Shown piece after piece: positions 18,787-27,765 of a stretch of 47,034 nucleotides of DNA. The stretch spans positions 1 to 47,034 of the forward strand of contig PETS01000105.1 in NCBI GenBank assembly GCA_002781265.1, given 5' to 3'. The notes beneath the pieces were generated by a model. That model saw only the letters and a program-made list of their open reading frames with translations. It did no database searches and was not told where the DNA came from. This DNA is from Candidatus Falkowbacteria bacterium CG02_land_8_20_14_3_00_36_14 (lineage in GTDB: Bacteria > Patescibacteriota > Patescibacteriia > Patescibacteriales > UM-FILTER-36-11). Each line of letters starts with the position of its first letter. The stretch's first letter is position 1. The position numbers and the translations under genes were made by a program.

Positions 18787-21069
18787 ATGTACAGATTCAA
18801 TAAAAGCCATCAATTTTTTAAAAAAGCAAACAAAATCATTCCTTTAGCATCCCAGACTTTTAGCAAGAGTTATTTGCAGTATATTAAAGGACAGGCACCA
18901 TTGTTTGCTGTCCGTGCCAAGGGAGCGCGCATTTGGGATATTGACGGCAATAAATATATTGATTTTATCAACGGACTTTTACCGGTTATTTTAGGATATC
19001 AAAATCTGGCAGTTGATGATGCAATAAATAGGCAGTTAAAAAAAGGCATTGTTTTTTCTTTGTCATCGCCGCTGGAGTATGAATTGGCTGAACTTCTGAT
19101 AAAACATATTCCTTGCGCTGAAATGGTTAGGTTCGGCAAAAACGGATCTGATGTTACTACCGGCGCCGTACGTCTTGCGCGGGCTACAACCGGACGCGAC
19201 CATGTCGCTGCTTGTTATGATAAAGAAACAGAAATACTAACTAAAAGTGGATTTAAAAAATTTAAAGATTTAGATGATAATGAAATAGTAGCTACTCTTA
19301 ATCCTAATACAGGTTATTTAGAATATCATCAAATTTATGCCAAAATAAAATATTATTTCACGGGCAAAATGATTCATTTTCTAGGGCAGAGAGTTGATTT
19401 GCTGGTAACGCCTGATCATAGAATATATAGAAAATTCAGATTAAGAACGGGGCATCATTTTAAAATAGAAGATGCTAATGATGCCTTGAAACGCAAAACC
19501 ATTACGCAAATGACATCAATGTGCAAGTGGAAAGGGAAAATAAAGAATAAATTTTCTATCCTTAAAATAAATCAAACTAGACCGGCAAAAGGCGTTAATT
19601 TTTTTTCAGTCAAAGAATTTGTTAGATTTATGGGTTGGTATCTATCCGAAGGATTTTGCATAGAGCAGAAAAGGGGCAGATACGAAGTATGTATTGCGCA
19701 AGATGAAAAGAATGAAAGAAAAAGTCAAGAGATATTTACAGTGATTAAAAAATTAGGATTTAAACCTTATAGAAATAACCACCATATTTGTTTTAACTCT
19801 AAAGAATTAGTTCAGTATCTTAAGCAATTTGGAAGGTGTAAAGATAAATATATTCCAGAATGGATTAAGAATTTGCCAAAAGATTGTTTGTCTATATTCG
19901 CAGATACAATGATAAAGGGAGATGGTACTTTTGAAAATGGCAGAATAAGAAAATTTTATTCTACCTCTCGTAAATTAATAGATGGAATGCAAGAATTATT
20001 GTTAAAGATTGGTTATTCAACGACAATCTCTGAATATAAAAATACAGGTTTTTCTAAAAATAAAATATATCATTTAAATATTAGCCAAGAGAGATTTTTA
20101 GGATGTTGGTCAAAGGAAAAATATTATAAAGGCAATGTTTATTGCATTAGCGTGCCGAATCATATTATTTTAGTAAGGCGTAATGGTAAAATTATTTGGT
20201 CAGGGAATTGCGGTTACCACGGCTGGCATGACTGGTATATCGGTTCCACCGCGAGAAATTTAGGCGTACCCAAAAGTACGCAAAAGCTCACCCATAAATT
20301 TGAGTACAATAATATTAAATCTTTGGAAAAAATATTTAAAGAAAATAAAAATAAAGTGGCGGCCGTGATAATGGAGCCGATGAATTACATTGAGCCGGAG
20401 AAAAACTTTTTGCAAAAAGTGAAAACGTTAGCGCATAAAAACGGCGCGCTTTTGATTTTTGACGAAGTGATTACCGGTTTTCGCTTTAGCTTGGGCGGAG
20501 CGCAAAAATTATTCGGCGTAACGCCTGACTTGGCCGCGTTCGGAAAATCAATGGCCAACGGCATGCCGATATCGGCTTTGGTGGGCAAGAAGAAATATAT
20601 GAAAAAAATTGAGGACATTTTCTATTCATTTACTAACGGCGGAGAGACGTTGTCCATAGCCGCCGCCATCGCCACCATTAAAGAAATGGAAAAAAAGAAA
20701 GTTATTGAACATATTTGGAAGCTTGGTGCGTATTTAATAAAAGAAACAGATAAATTAATTAAGAAAAATAATTTGGAAGAAGTAATAAAAATTAAAGGTA
20801 AGCCGTGCTGGAGTTTGATGTTCGCTTATCCTTATGGAAAATATTCAGATTTGGAAATAAAAAGTTATCTGCAGCAGGAATTGATTCAAGCCGGTTTTCT
20901 TTGGTACGGTCAGCATAATATGAGTTTTAGCCATACGAAAAAAGATATTAGCGGCTTAGTCAGCGCTTATGCGAATATTTTTCCTAAATTAAAAGAACTT
21001 TTAGATAAGGATAAATTAAGAGGAGCTTTAAATGGCGAACCGATTACTAATATTTTTAAAGTACGATAA
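18787..21069 (+). CDS. Class-III PLP aminotransferase (glutamate-1-semialdehyde aminomutase-like) carrying an intein
   Basis: Exteins: GARIWDIDGNKYIDF, RFGKNGSDVTTGAVRLARATTGRDHVAA | CGYHGWHDWY, DEVITGFR, AAFGKSMANG (PLP lysine). The exteins total 428 aa, as expected for the family. Confidence 0.85.
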   Translation: MYRFNKSHQFFKKANKIIPLASQTFSKSYLQYIKGQAPLFAVRAKGARIWDIDGNKYIDFINGLLPVILGYQNLAVDDAINRQLKKGIVFSLSSPLEYELAELLIKHIPCAEMVRFGKNGSDVTTGAVRLARATTGRDHVAACYDKETEILTKSGFKKFKDLDDNEIVATLNPNTGYLEYHQIYAKIKYYFTGKMIHFLGQRVDLLVTPDHRIYRKFRLRTGHHFKIEDANDALKRKTITQMTSMCKWKGKIKNKFSILKINQTRPAKGVNFFSVKEFVRFMGWYLSEGFCIEQKRGRYEVCIAQDEKNERKSQEIFTVIKKLGFKPYRNNHHICFNSKELVQYLKQFGRCKDKYIPEWIKNLPKDCLSIFADTMIKGDGTFENGRIRKFYSTSRKLIDGMQELLLKIGYSTTISEYKNTGFSKNKIYHLNISQERFLGCWSKEKYYKGNVYCISVPNHIILVRRNGKIIWSGNCGYHGWHDWYIGSTARNLGVPKSTQKLTHKFEYNNIKSLEKIFKENKNKVAAVIMEPMNYIEPEKNFLQKVKTLAHKNGALLIFDEVITGFRFSLGGAQKLFGVTPDLAAFGKSMANGMPISALVGKKKYMKKIEDIFYSFTNGGETLSIAAAIATIKEMEKKKVIEHIWKLGAYLIKETDKLIKKNNLEEVIKIKGKPCWSLMFAYPYGKYSDLEIKSYLQQELIQAGFLWYGQHNMSFSHTKKDISGLVSAYANIFPKLKELLDKDKLRGALNGEPITNIFKVR
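19213..20208 (+). mobile_element. Intein with LAGLIDADG homing-endonuclease domain (332 codons)
   Basis: Begins with Cys (CYDKETEILT). Has TPDH (block B TxxH) and two LAGLIDADG-like motifs, MGWYLSEGF and MIKGDGTF. Ends ...IIWSGN, followed by Cys+1 (CGYHGW). Confidence 0.85.
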
Positions 21070-21689
21070 TGAATAATTTAATAGCAGTATTAAGCACGGG
21101 CTTAAAAAAAAATAAAGATGGGAAGTGGCGCAATACTAATATTGATGAGGCGGATGAACAATGGGGAGCTCCCGGGGGATACCTTCGTGTATTAGCCGCA
21201 AGTTATTTATATAAGGATAGCCCAGACCAATTTATTGTCGCTAGTGGGGGAAAGGGTTGGGAAATTAGTGATGATAATCGACCCCTTTTATGCAAAGTAA
21301 TAAAAGAAGAGTTAGTTAATTTAGGTGTACCAGAAAAAAATATTATTGAAGAAAGAGTTTCTGATAAAACTTTTGGACAATTATGGGAATTACAAAAAAT
21401 TATTATAAATAAAGAAATTAATAAACTTATTATAATTTCTAATATATATCATTTGCCAAGAATACAGGCAATGATTGAAAATATTTCTAAGTTATCTAGA
21501 TTAAAAAAGCTATTAAGTAAAGATAAATTAAAAATAGAAGCAGCAGAAGATATTTTAATGGTAAACGACTCTAAAGAATGGCAAAATAAAATTAAGAATG
21601 CTTATAAGAGCGAGAGAATGAAAAAAATAATTAAAATTGAAAGGCAAGGCGTTAAACAAATTAGAGAAGGAACATATAAATATAGATAA
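21069..21689 (+). CDS. DUF218/YdcF-like protein (tentative)
   Basis: VASGGKGW and ISNIYHLPR resemble the DUF218 SGG and YH..R motifs. Confidence 0.4.
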   Translation: MNNLIAVLSTGLKKNKDGKWRNTNIDEADEQWGAPGGYLRVLAASYLYKDSPDQFIVASGGKGWEISDDNRPLLCKVIKEELVNLGVPEKNIIEERVSDKTFGQLWELQKIIINKEINKLIIISNIYHLPRIQAMIENISKLSRLKKLLSKDKLKIEAAEDILMVNDSKEWQNKIKNAYKSERMKKIIKIERQGVKQIREGTYKYR

Positions 21690-21690
21690 T

Positions 21691-22755
21691 ATGGAAAATA
21701 TAACAATAAAAACCCCAAAAGGGAAAAGAAAAATCGGCTCAGGCAATCCTACATTTATAATTGCGGAGATGTCTGGTAACCACAATCAGGAAATTAAACG
21801 AGCTTATAAGATTATTGACGCCGCAGCTTATGCTGGAGCGGACGCAATTAAGTTGCAGACATATACTCCGGATACAATTACCATTAACTGTGATAAAAAA
21901 TATTTTCAAGTTAAAGTTAATAAAGCTTGGAAAGGGCAGACACTGTATAATTTATACAAAAAAGTATATACTCCGTGGGAATGGCAGCCAAAATTAAAAA
22001 AGTACGCGGAGAAAAAAGGATTGGTTTGTTTTTCCACGCCGTTTGACAATACCGCGGTTGATTTTTTGGAAAAAATGAAAGTAAGTTTGTATAAAGTCGC
22101 CTCTTTTGAAGTGATTGACATTCCCTTATTAAAAAGAATCAGCAAGACAAGAAAGCCGGTAATTATGTCGCGTGGCATGGCTTCGCTTGATGAAATTAAA
22201 TTAGCTATTAAAACATTAAAAAATAATGGTTGTCCAGCCGTGGCTATTCTTCATTGCGTCAGTTCTTATCCGGCAAAGGCGGAAGAAATGAATTTGGCGA
22301 CCATTCCCGACTTGGCTAAAAAGTTAAAAACGATTGTCGGCTTATCTGATCATAATTTGAATTCAGCGATAACAATAGCGTCAGTGGCATTGGGAGCGAA
22401 GATCATTGAAAAGCATTTAACTCTGGCGCGCGCGGACGGCGGCGCGGACGCGGCTTTTTCCCTTGAACCGGATGAATTTAAAATAATGGTTGAGGGGGTA
22501 AGGCAGGTGGAGATTGCAATTGGCAAGCCAAGTTACGGGGCCGGAATAAAAGAGTCGGGGAATGTTATATTTAGAAAGTCATTATTTGTTGTCGGCAATA
22601 TTAAAAAAGGAGAAAAATTTACGGAAAAAAATGTGAAATCAATCAGGCCCGGGCACGGCTTGGAGCCGAAATATTACGATAAGATACTGGGTAAGACCGC
22701 GAAGATGGATATAGAAAAAGGCACGTCGCTTTCATGGAATCTGGTAAAGAGATAA
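21691..22755 (+). CDS. pseI: NeuB-family nonulosonic acid synthase (pseudaminic acid synthase type)
   Basis: PTFIIAEMSGNHNQ, AGADAIKLQTY, FSTPFD, LYKVASFE, LHCVSSYP, GLSDH, and a C-terminal SAF domain (RKSLFVVGNIKKGEKFT..N...RPG.GL). ATG 21691 follows the upstream stop directly and is preferred over 21637. Confidence 0.85.
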   Translation: MENITIKTPKGKRKIGSGNPTFIIAEMSGNHNQEIKRAYKIIDAAAYAGADAIKLQTYTPDTITINCDKKYFQVKVNKAWKGQTLYNLYKKVYTPWEWQPKLKKYAEKKGLVCFSTPFDNTAVDFLEKMKVSLYKVASFEVIDIPLLKRISKTRKPVIMSRGMASLDEIKLAIKTLKNNGCPAVAILHCVSSYPAKAEEMNLATIPDLAKKLKTIVGLSDHNLNSAITIASVALGAKIIEKHLTLARADGGADAAFSLEPDEFKIMVEGVRQVEIAIGKPSYGAGIKESGNVIFRKSLFVVGNIKKGEKFTEKNVKSIRPGHGLEPKYYDKILGKTAKMDIEKGTSLSWNLVKR

Positions 22756-22758
22756 AAT

Positions 22759-23226
22759 ATGGAAAACATCAAAGTTAGAAAAGTTAAAAGAGAAGATTCA
22801 AAAAGGATTTGGGAGATTAGAAATCATCCGCTGGCGCGGCAGAATTCCAATAATCAGGAAGAGACGCCGTTTGCCAAACATAACCAATGGTTTGAAAATA
22901 AATATTTTCGCGGTGGCGATAATCATTGTTTTGTTTTGGAGGGTGAGGGAGAGGTGGTTGGGTATTGTCGGTTTGATTTTGACAGCGACAATTATAACTA
23001 TGTTGTTTCAATCGCCGTTGACGCCGATTATCAGGGAATAGGGCTGGGCAAAGCGCTGCTTAGCGAAGCTTTGGAAGCTTTTGGTGTGCGGGGAAAAGAA
23101 GTGGTCGCGCAAACCCTCAAAAATAATATCCTGTCCGGAAAATTTTTTAAAAAAAATAATTTTAAAATATTTAAAGAAGATGATAATAGCTATTATTTTA
23201 AATATAAAAATAGACTTGTTGTTTAA
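22759..23226 (+). CDS. GNAT N-acetyltransferase, PseH-like
   Basis: IAVDADYQGIGLGKALLSEAL is GNAT motif A. The size and its position after the synthase fit PseH. Confidence 0.65.
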   Translation: MENIKVRKVKREDSKRIWEIRNHPLARQNSNNQEETPFAKHNQWFENKYFRGGDNHCFVLEGEGEVVGYCRFDFDSDNYNYVVSIAVDADYQGIGLGKALLSEALEAFGVRGKEVVAQTLKNNILSGKFFKKNNFKIFKEDDNSYYFKYKNRLVV

Positions 23227-23230
23227 TAAG

Positions 23231-23336
23231 ATTTCGTGGCGAAATGAAGAAATTTTGAGCGAAAAATTAGAAAAGCGACGATGTTTATATGCTAATATAA
23301 ACAGAGGACCTTTTATAATTTTACGCTCAAAATTTC
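23231..23336 (+). other. Nested inverted repeats in an intergenic region (candidate structured RNA or operator)
   Basis: Hairpin atttcg-tgg-cgaaat (23231-23245). Outer perfect 13-bp arms gaaattttgagcg (23249-23261) and cgctcaaaatttc (23324-23336). Inner hairpin gtttatat-gcta-atataaac (23283-23302). Confidence 0.4.
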
Positions 23337-23379
23337 AAATTGCGGCAGAAAGATTATTAAGCGACAAGTCTAATAGTTT

Positions 23380-24891
23380 ATGCCAAATTTGAAAGGAAAA
23401 AAAATATTAATTTTTCAGCAAAGAGGCTGGGGTAGGCGCATCGGCCGTTTTTTGGCCGCGAAATTATACGCCGAAGGATGCAAGTTGGCGGCTTTGACTT
23501 TTAAAAATACAACACATGAATTAATAGTTAAGCAGGATGATGCCAAATATGAAATGATAATCAGCAATGACAAAATTATGAGTCGACCAAAAGATTATTT
23601 AGGGGGAGACAGATATTCCTTAAAGGAAATTTGCGATAAAATCGGAGTGGATTCAATATGGCCGATAGTTTCTACCCTTAGAAATCATGTGAGGTCGTAT
23701 AAAGATAAATATTATTACAGTTTTAAGCAAAACGTTTCTGATGAGGAAATTATTGATTATATAATGGCTGTTTATAAGTATATGAATATTTTTTTTCATG
23801 AGTTTAAGCCAGATGTAATTATTACGCCTAATTTTGTTTCATTCCCTCACGTTATGTTTAATTTGTACGCTAGAAAGCTAAATATCCCGATATTCGCTAT
23901 TACGGATAGTAAAATTAGTGGCTATTATATATTTACTTATGATTATAACGATAGCGACGGGCCATTTTACAGGAGAGTTGATGAGCTTAATTCTGGGAAA
24001 GTTGAAACTGAAAACAGGAAAAAGGCCAAGGAGTATATCAGAGAGTTTAGGGAAAATTTTAAAAAACCCGATTATATGGGCGATAACGAAAGCGAGCCGT
24101 CAATGCTACAAAAAATAAAGAAAGAATTATCGCCGTATGCACAAATAATCCGTTGGTACCTCAAGAAGCAAATTAATGTGCTGGAAAGCACCGGCATTAC
24201 CATTGATTATAAGCCGCCAAGAATTATTCTAAGGGATCATTATTGCCATGAACGCTATAAAAAATTTATGGAACATTATTCTTATTATCCTTTTTCCAAG
24301 GTAAAAAAGTTTGTTTATTTTCCGTTGCAATTCCAACCGGAAGCCACGATTGACGTGATTTCTCCACGCTTTAACAATCAAATAGAAACGGCAAGGCAGG
24401 TTGCTATGTCTTTGCCCGGCGATTACACTCTTGTCGTGAAAGAGCATCCGGGAATGGTTGGTTTAAGGCCGCCGTCTTATATTAAAAAAATAGATAGGAC
24501 GCCTAATATTAAATTAATAGATTATAAAATAACCAGTGAAGAAGTCCTAAAAAAAACTGATTTAATAATATCTCCCAGCGGAACAACAATCGCCGAAGCC
24601 GCTTTCTTTAAAAAGCCGGTTATTCAGCTGGGAAATTTGGGAACTACCTTGAAACTACCGAATGTGTTTAAATATACGGATATGACTTCCTTGCCTAAAA
24701 AGATAAAAGAAGTTTTAGAAGTTAATTTAAATACTAATGATTACGAGAGGAGGCTTGAAAATTATGTTGCGGCTGTTTTTGACGTTACATTTAATTTTAA
24801 TTACATTAAAGCATGGGAAAAGGGAACAGGAGATTTGGAAAAACTTTGGGTTTTTTATAGAAAAGAAATAGAAAATAGTTTAATAAATTAA
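23380..24891 (+). CDS. Capsule polysaccharide biosynthesis protein-like (KpsS/KpsC Capsule_synth-type) putative glycosyltransferase
   Basis: VYFPLQFQPEATIDVISP...VVKEHPGMVG...TDLIISPSGTTIAEAAFFKKPVIQLG resembles the Capsule_synth family pattern. Confidence 0.5.
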   Translation: MPNLKGKKILIFQQRGWGRRIGRFLAAKLYAEGCKLAALTFKNTTHELIVKQDDAKYEMIISNDKIMSRPKDYLGGDRYSLKEICDKIGVDSIWPIVSTLRNHVRSYKDKYYYSFKQNVSDEEIIDYIMAVYKYMNIFFHEFKPDVIITPNFVSFPHVMFNLYARKLNIPIFAITDSKISGYYIFTYDYNDSDGPFYRRVDELNSGKVETENRKKAKEYIREFRENFKKPDYMGDNESEPSMLQKIKKELSPYAQIIRWYLKKQINVLESTGITIDYKPPRIILRDHYCHERYKKFMEHYSYYPFSKVKKFVYFPLQFQPEATIDVISPRFNNQIETARQVAMSLPGDYTLVVKEHPGMVGLRPPSYIKKIDRTPNIKLIDYKITSEEVLKKTDLIISPSGTTIAEAAFFKKPVIQLGNLGTTLKLPNVFKYTDMTSLPKKIKEVLEVNLNTNDYERRLENYVAAVFDVTFNFNYIKAWEKGTGDLEKLWVFYRKEIENSLIN

Positions 24892-24895
24892 TTTT

Positions 24896-27061
24896 ATGCT
24901 TGATGAAAAATTTTTAAACATGCTTTGTTGCCCGAAACGGTTTTGTCGCGGAGATTTGGAAGAATCGGCGGAAAACGAGGAATCGATTTTAAAATGCAAA
25001 AACTGCGGGGATAAATATTCCATAAAAGAGGGAATTCCTATTTTATTTCCGAACATCAAATATTCTTCAAATATCCACCGCCGACATTGGGATTTAGAAA
25101 TGAACGCAAAAAGTTACGCAAAAAAATATAATAGTTATTTAAAAAAACAGGGGTCAGCCTGGGGGTTGTATACTCATTTATCGGAATTAGAGGCGATAAA
25201 TAAACTCACTAAAGATATTGATTTATCCGGCAAGACTATAATAGACGCCGGATGTGGCAATGGTAGATTGCTTTCCGCTTATCCGGAGGCTAAAAATAAA
25301 ATAGGAATTGACACATCATTATCGTTACTTGAGGAAACAAAAAAAAGAGAACCGAGCTTTTGGCTTATATGCGGCCAGCTTGAAGATATGCCGTTTAAAG
25401 ATTGTATTGCCGATTTTTCTATAAGCATAAGGGTATTCCAGCATTTACAAGCCCCAGAACATGCTTTTTCGGAAATGGTTAGAGTAACGAAGCCATCAGG
25501 ATATATTTCTCTAGAAGTATACAATAAATTTAATTTAAAAGAATTGTACAAAAAATTTCGGATGTCTAAATTAATTAAAAATAGATGGCCGTGGGGTTTG
25601 GATTACGATAGATATTATTCATATAGAGAAATTGAAAAATGGTGTGGGGATAACTTTGTAAAACCAATTAAATATTCAGGAGCTGGCTGGGGAATTTATT
25701 TTTATTTTTTTGAAGTAATACAATTCAGGAGGTTTGCCCCACAGTGGTTCCAAAAAATTGTTTTTAATTTTTTTCTTTACCTTGAAAGAATAATTGGTCT
25801 TTGGCCGTTTTTTTCAAAAACCATGGAAAAAATATGTTTTATCGGAAGCATTCAGGCGAAAGAAAAAAATAGAACATTTTTTAAGAAAATAAGCGACCGC
25901 TTAAAGAGCGTGAGAAAAGAAAAAAAGGCGAAAGAATTTGAAAAAAAATTTGAGAATAGAAATTATTGTTATATAAGAGATGATATGTATCACTTGAAAT
26001 CCTCCATTGACTGGATAAAGAAAGCTCAAGACAATACCGCCGACGCCGGTGTTAGCAGGGGGGTAAGCTTGATTTCAAGTTTAAAAAGCAATAGTCGGGG
26101 CTGGCAACCGTCATATCCGGAAACAACCGGTTATATAATCCCAACAATTTTAAAAGCCGCTGATATGCTTGATGATTATGATTTATTAAGAAGGGCAAAA
26201 TTAATGGCTGATTGGGAATTATCCATTATATTTCGAGATGGGGCAGTGCATGGGGGAAATATAGGGGTAAAATCTAATTGCGCAGTTTTTGATACTGGTC
26301 AAGTTATTAGGGGTCTTTACGCTATTTACAAGAAAACAAATGAAAAGAAATATCTGGACGTAGCTATTAAATCTTCCAATTGGATATTAAATAATGAGAA
26401 CGCAAGAAAAGGAAATTGGACTGAAAATAACGCTTCCTCTGTTGATTCCTCTACGACGACTTATAATATTTACGCGATTGCGCCGATTATAGAAATGGGG
26501 GTAGATATCGGGAATAGCGAATTTAAAGAGCTGGGGAGAAGAGCCGCTGAATTTACCGTCAGTATGCAAAATGATAGCGGTTGGTTTGAAGGCGCTGATT
26601 TTAAGAAAACGGACAGTGCTTTACTACATACAATAGCATATACGATTGACGGGTTGTGGGATGTCGGCATCTTATTAGATGAAGAAAAATTTTTAAATTC
26701 CGCGAAAAAAGGGTTGGACGGAGTTTTATCACAAATGAACGATAGGGGTTTTATTCCGGGGCGTATGGATAGCGATTGGAATGCATCCGCGGATTGGGCG
26801 TGTTTGACCAGTATAGCTCAGATTGGCGTTGCATGCGTAAAAGTTTACAAAAAAGGAGGAAATAAAAAATATTTGGAAGCGGCTTTGAAGGCGAAAGATT
26901 TTTTAAAGACCTGCCAGAATAATTTTAATGATGAACATGGCGGGCTGGGGGCTTTGTGGGGAAGCTGGCCGATTTCCGGCGGTTACGGAAAATATGAAGC
27001 GCTAAATTGGGCGGTCAAATATTTTGCGGATTTATTGATTGCGCTAAGAAGCGTAAATTAA
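24896..27061 (+). CDS. Fusion protein: Trm112-like zinc ribbon + SAM methyltransferase + C-terminal alpha/alpha-toroid-like repeat domain
   Basis: CCPKRFC...CKNCGDKYSIKEGIPILFP; IIDAGCGNGRLL...RVFQHL...KPSGYISLEV. C-terminal 350 aa has repeated helical-pair motifs (ETTGYIIPTILKA, DTGQVIRGLYAIY, LHTIAYTIDGLW, WGSWPISGGYGKYEALNWAVKYF). Confidence 0.6.
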   Translation: MLDEKFLNMLCCPKRFCRGDLEESAENEESILKCKNCGDKYSIKEGIPILFPNIKYSSNIHRRHWDLEMNAKSYAKKYNSYLKKQGSAWGLYTHLSELEAINKLTKDIDLSGKTIIDAGCGNGRLLSAYPEAKNKIGIDTSLSLLEETKKREPSFWLICGQLEDMPFKDCIADFSISIRVFQHLQAPEHAFSEMVRVTKPSGYISLEVYNKFNLKELYKKFRMSKLIKNRWPWGLDYDRYYSYREIEKWCGDNFVKPIKYSGAGWGIYFYFFEVIQFRRFAPQWFQKIVFNFFLYLERIIGLWPFFSKTMEKICFIGSIQAKEKNRTFFKKISDRLKSVRKEKKAKEFEKKFENRNYCYIRDDMYHLKSSIDWIKKAQDNTADAGVSRGVSLISSLKSNSRGWQPSYPETTGYIIPTILKAADMLDDYDLLRRAKLMADWELSIIFRDGAVHGGNIGVKSNCAVFDTGQVIRGLYAIYKKTNEKKYLDVAIKSSNWILNNENARKGNWTENNASSVDSSTTTYNIYAIAPIIEMGVDIGNSEFKELGRRAAEFTVSMQNDSGWFEGADFKKTDSALLHTIAYTIDGLWDVGILLDEEKFLNSAKKGLDGVLSQMNDRGFIPGRMDSDWNASADWACLTSIAQIGVACVKVYKKGGNKKYLEAALKAKDFLKTCQNNFNDEHGGLGALWGSWPISGGYGKYEALNWAVKYFADLLIALRSVN

Positions 27062-27078
27062 TTTTTTAAACCAAATGT

Positions 27079-27765
27079 ATGTATAAAAAACCGTTAAAAA
27101 AATTGCCAAAATTTCTTTTTAATTTGTATGTCCATCGTCTGATAAAATCCTATCCTAATTATCAGCCAATTATTAATAATGGTAAGTTGATTATGGGCGG
27201 AGATAGGAACTGTTTAGACAGATGGGAATTAGTTAAAAAGGAAATTATAGATTATAAAGCAAGTTCAGTTTTGGATATTGGATGCGCGGAAGGGTTTTAT
27301 ATATTACAGGCCGCGAAAGAGTGCGGCTGTGTTTCCCTAGGGATTGATGCGGATATTCGCCGTTTGAATATGGCCCAAAATCAGATATCATTGGAAAAGA
27401 TTGCGCCAGCCGGATTTTTATTAGCCGAGGTTAATGAAGAGTTGATAAATAAATTGCCAAAATTTGATGTTATAGTCTTTATGTCAGTGATGCATCACAT
27501 GATGTATTCCAAGGGAGCGGATTACTGCAAAAATATTTTGATTGCCCTTCGCAAAGCAATAGGAAAAGTAATGATTTTTGAAATGGGTCAATCAAATGAG
27601 TTAAAAAATAAGTGGGCTACGCGATTGCCAAATATGGGCGATAATCCGCATAAATGGATAAGGAATTTTTTACTTTCAGCCGGATTTTCCATGGTTGAAA
27701 AAATCGGCGAAAGCGATTCTTATCAAAAAGATCAAAATAGAGCGATATTTAAAGTTAAACCATAA
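27079..27765 (+). CDS. SAM-dependent methyltransferase
   Basis: VLDIGCAEGFY motif I; VFMSVMHHM. Confidence 0.65.
   Translation: MYKKPLKKLPKFLFNLYVHRLIKSYPNYQPIINNGKLIMGGDRNCLDRWELVKKEIIDYKASSVLDIGCAEGFYILQAAKECGCVSLGIDADIRRLNMAQNQISLEKIAPAGFLLAEVNEELINKLPKFDVIVFMSVMHHMMYSKGADYCKNILIALRKAIGKVMIFEMGQSNELKNKWATRLPNMGDNPHKWIRNFLLSAGFSMVEKIGESDSYQKDQNRAIFKVKP

Noticed and set aside
21637-21690. Upstream extension of the NeuB-type synthase (ORF-track start at 21637), and likewise 31380-31460 for the epimerase
   Set aside because: The extensions overlap the preceding genes and add non-homologous residues. ATG 21691 (MENITIKTPKG) and ATG 31461 (MKIAIILGTRPE) match family N-termini.
23081-23392. 103-aa plus-strand ORF spanning the end of the GNAT gene and the next intergenic region
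   Set aside because: It overlaps the well-supported GNAT gene out of frame and runs through the nested inverted repeats. It is more likely non-coding.
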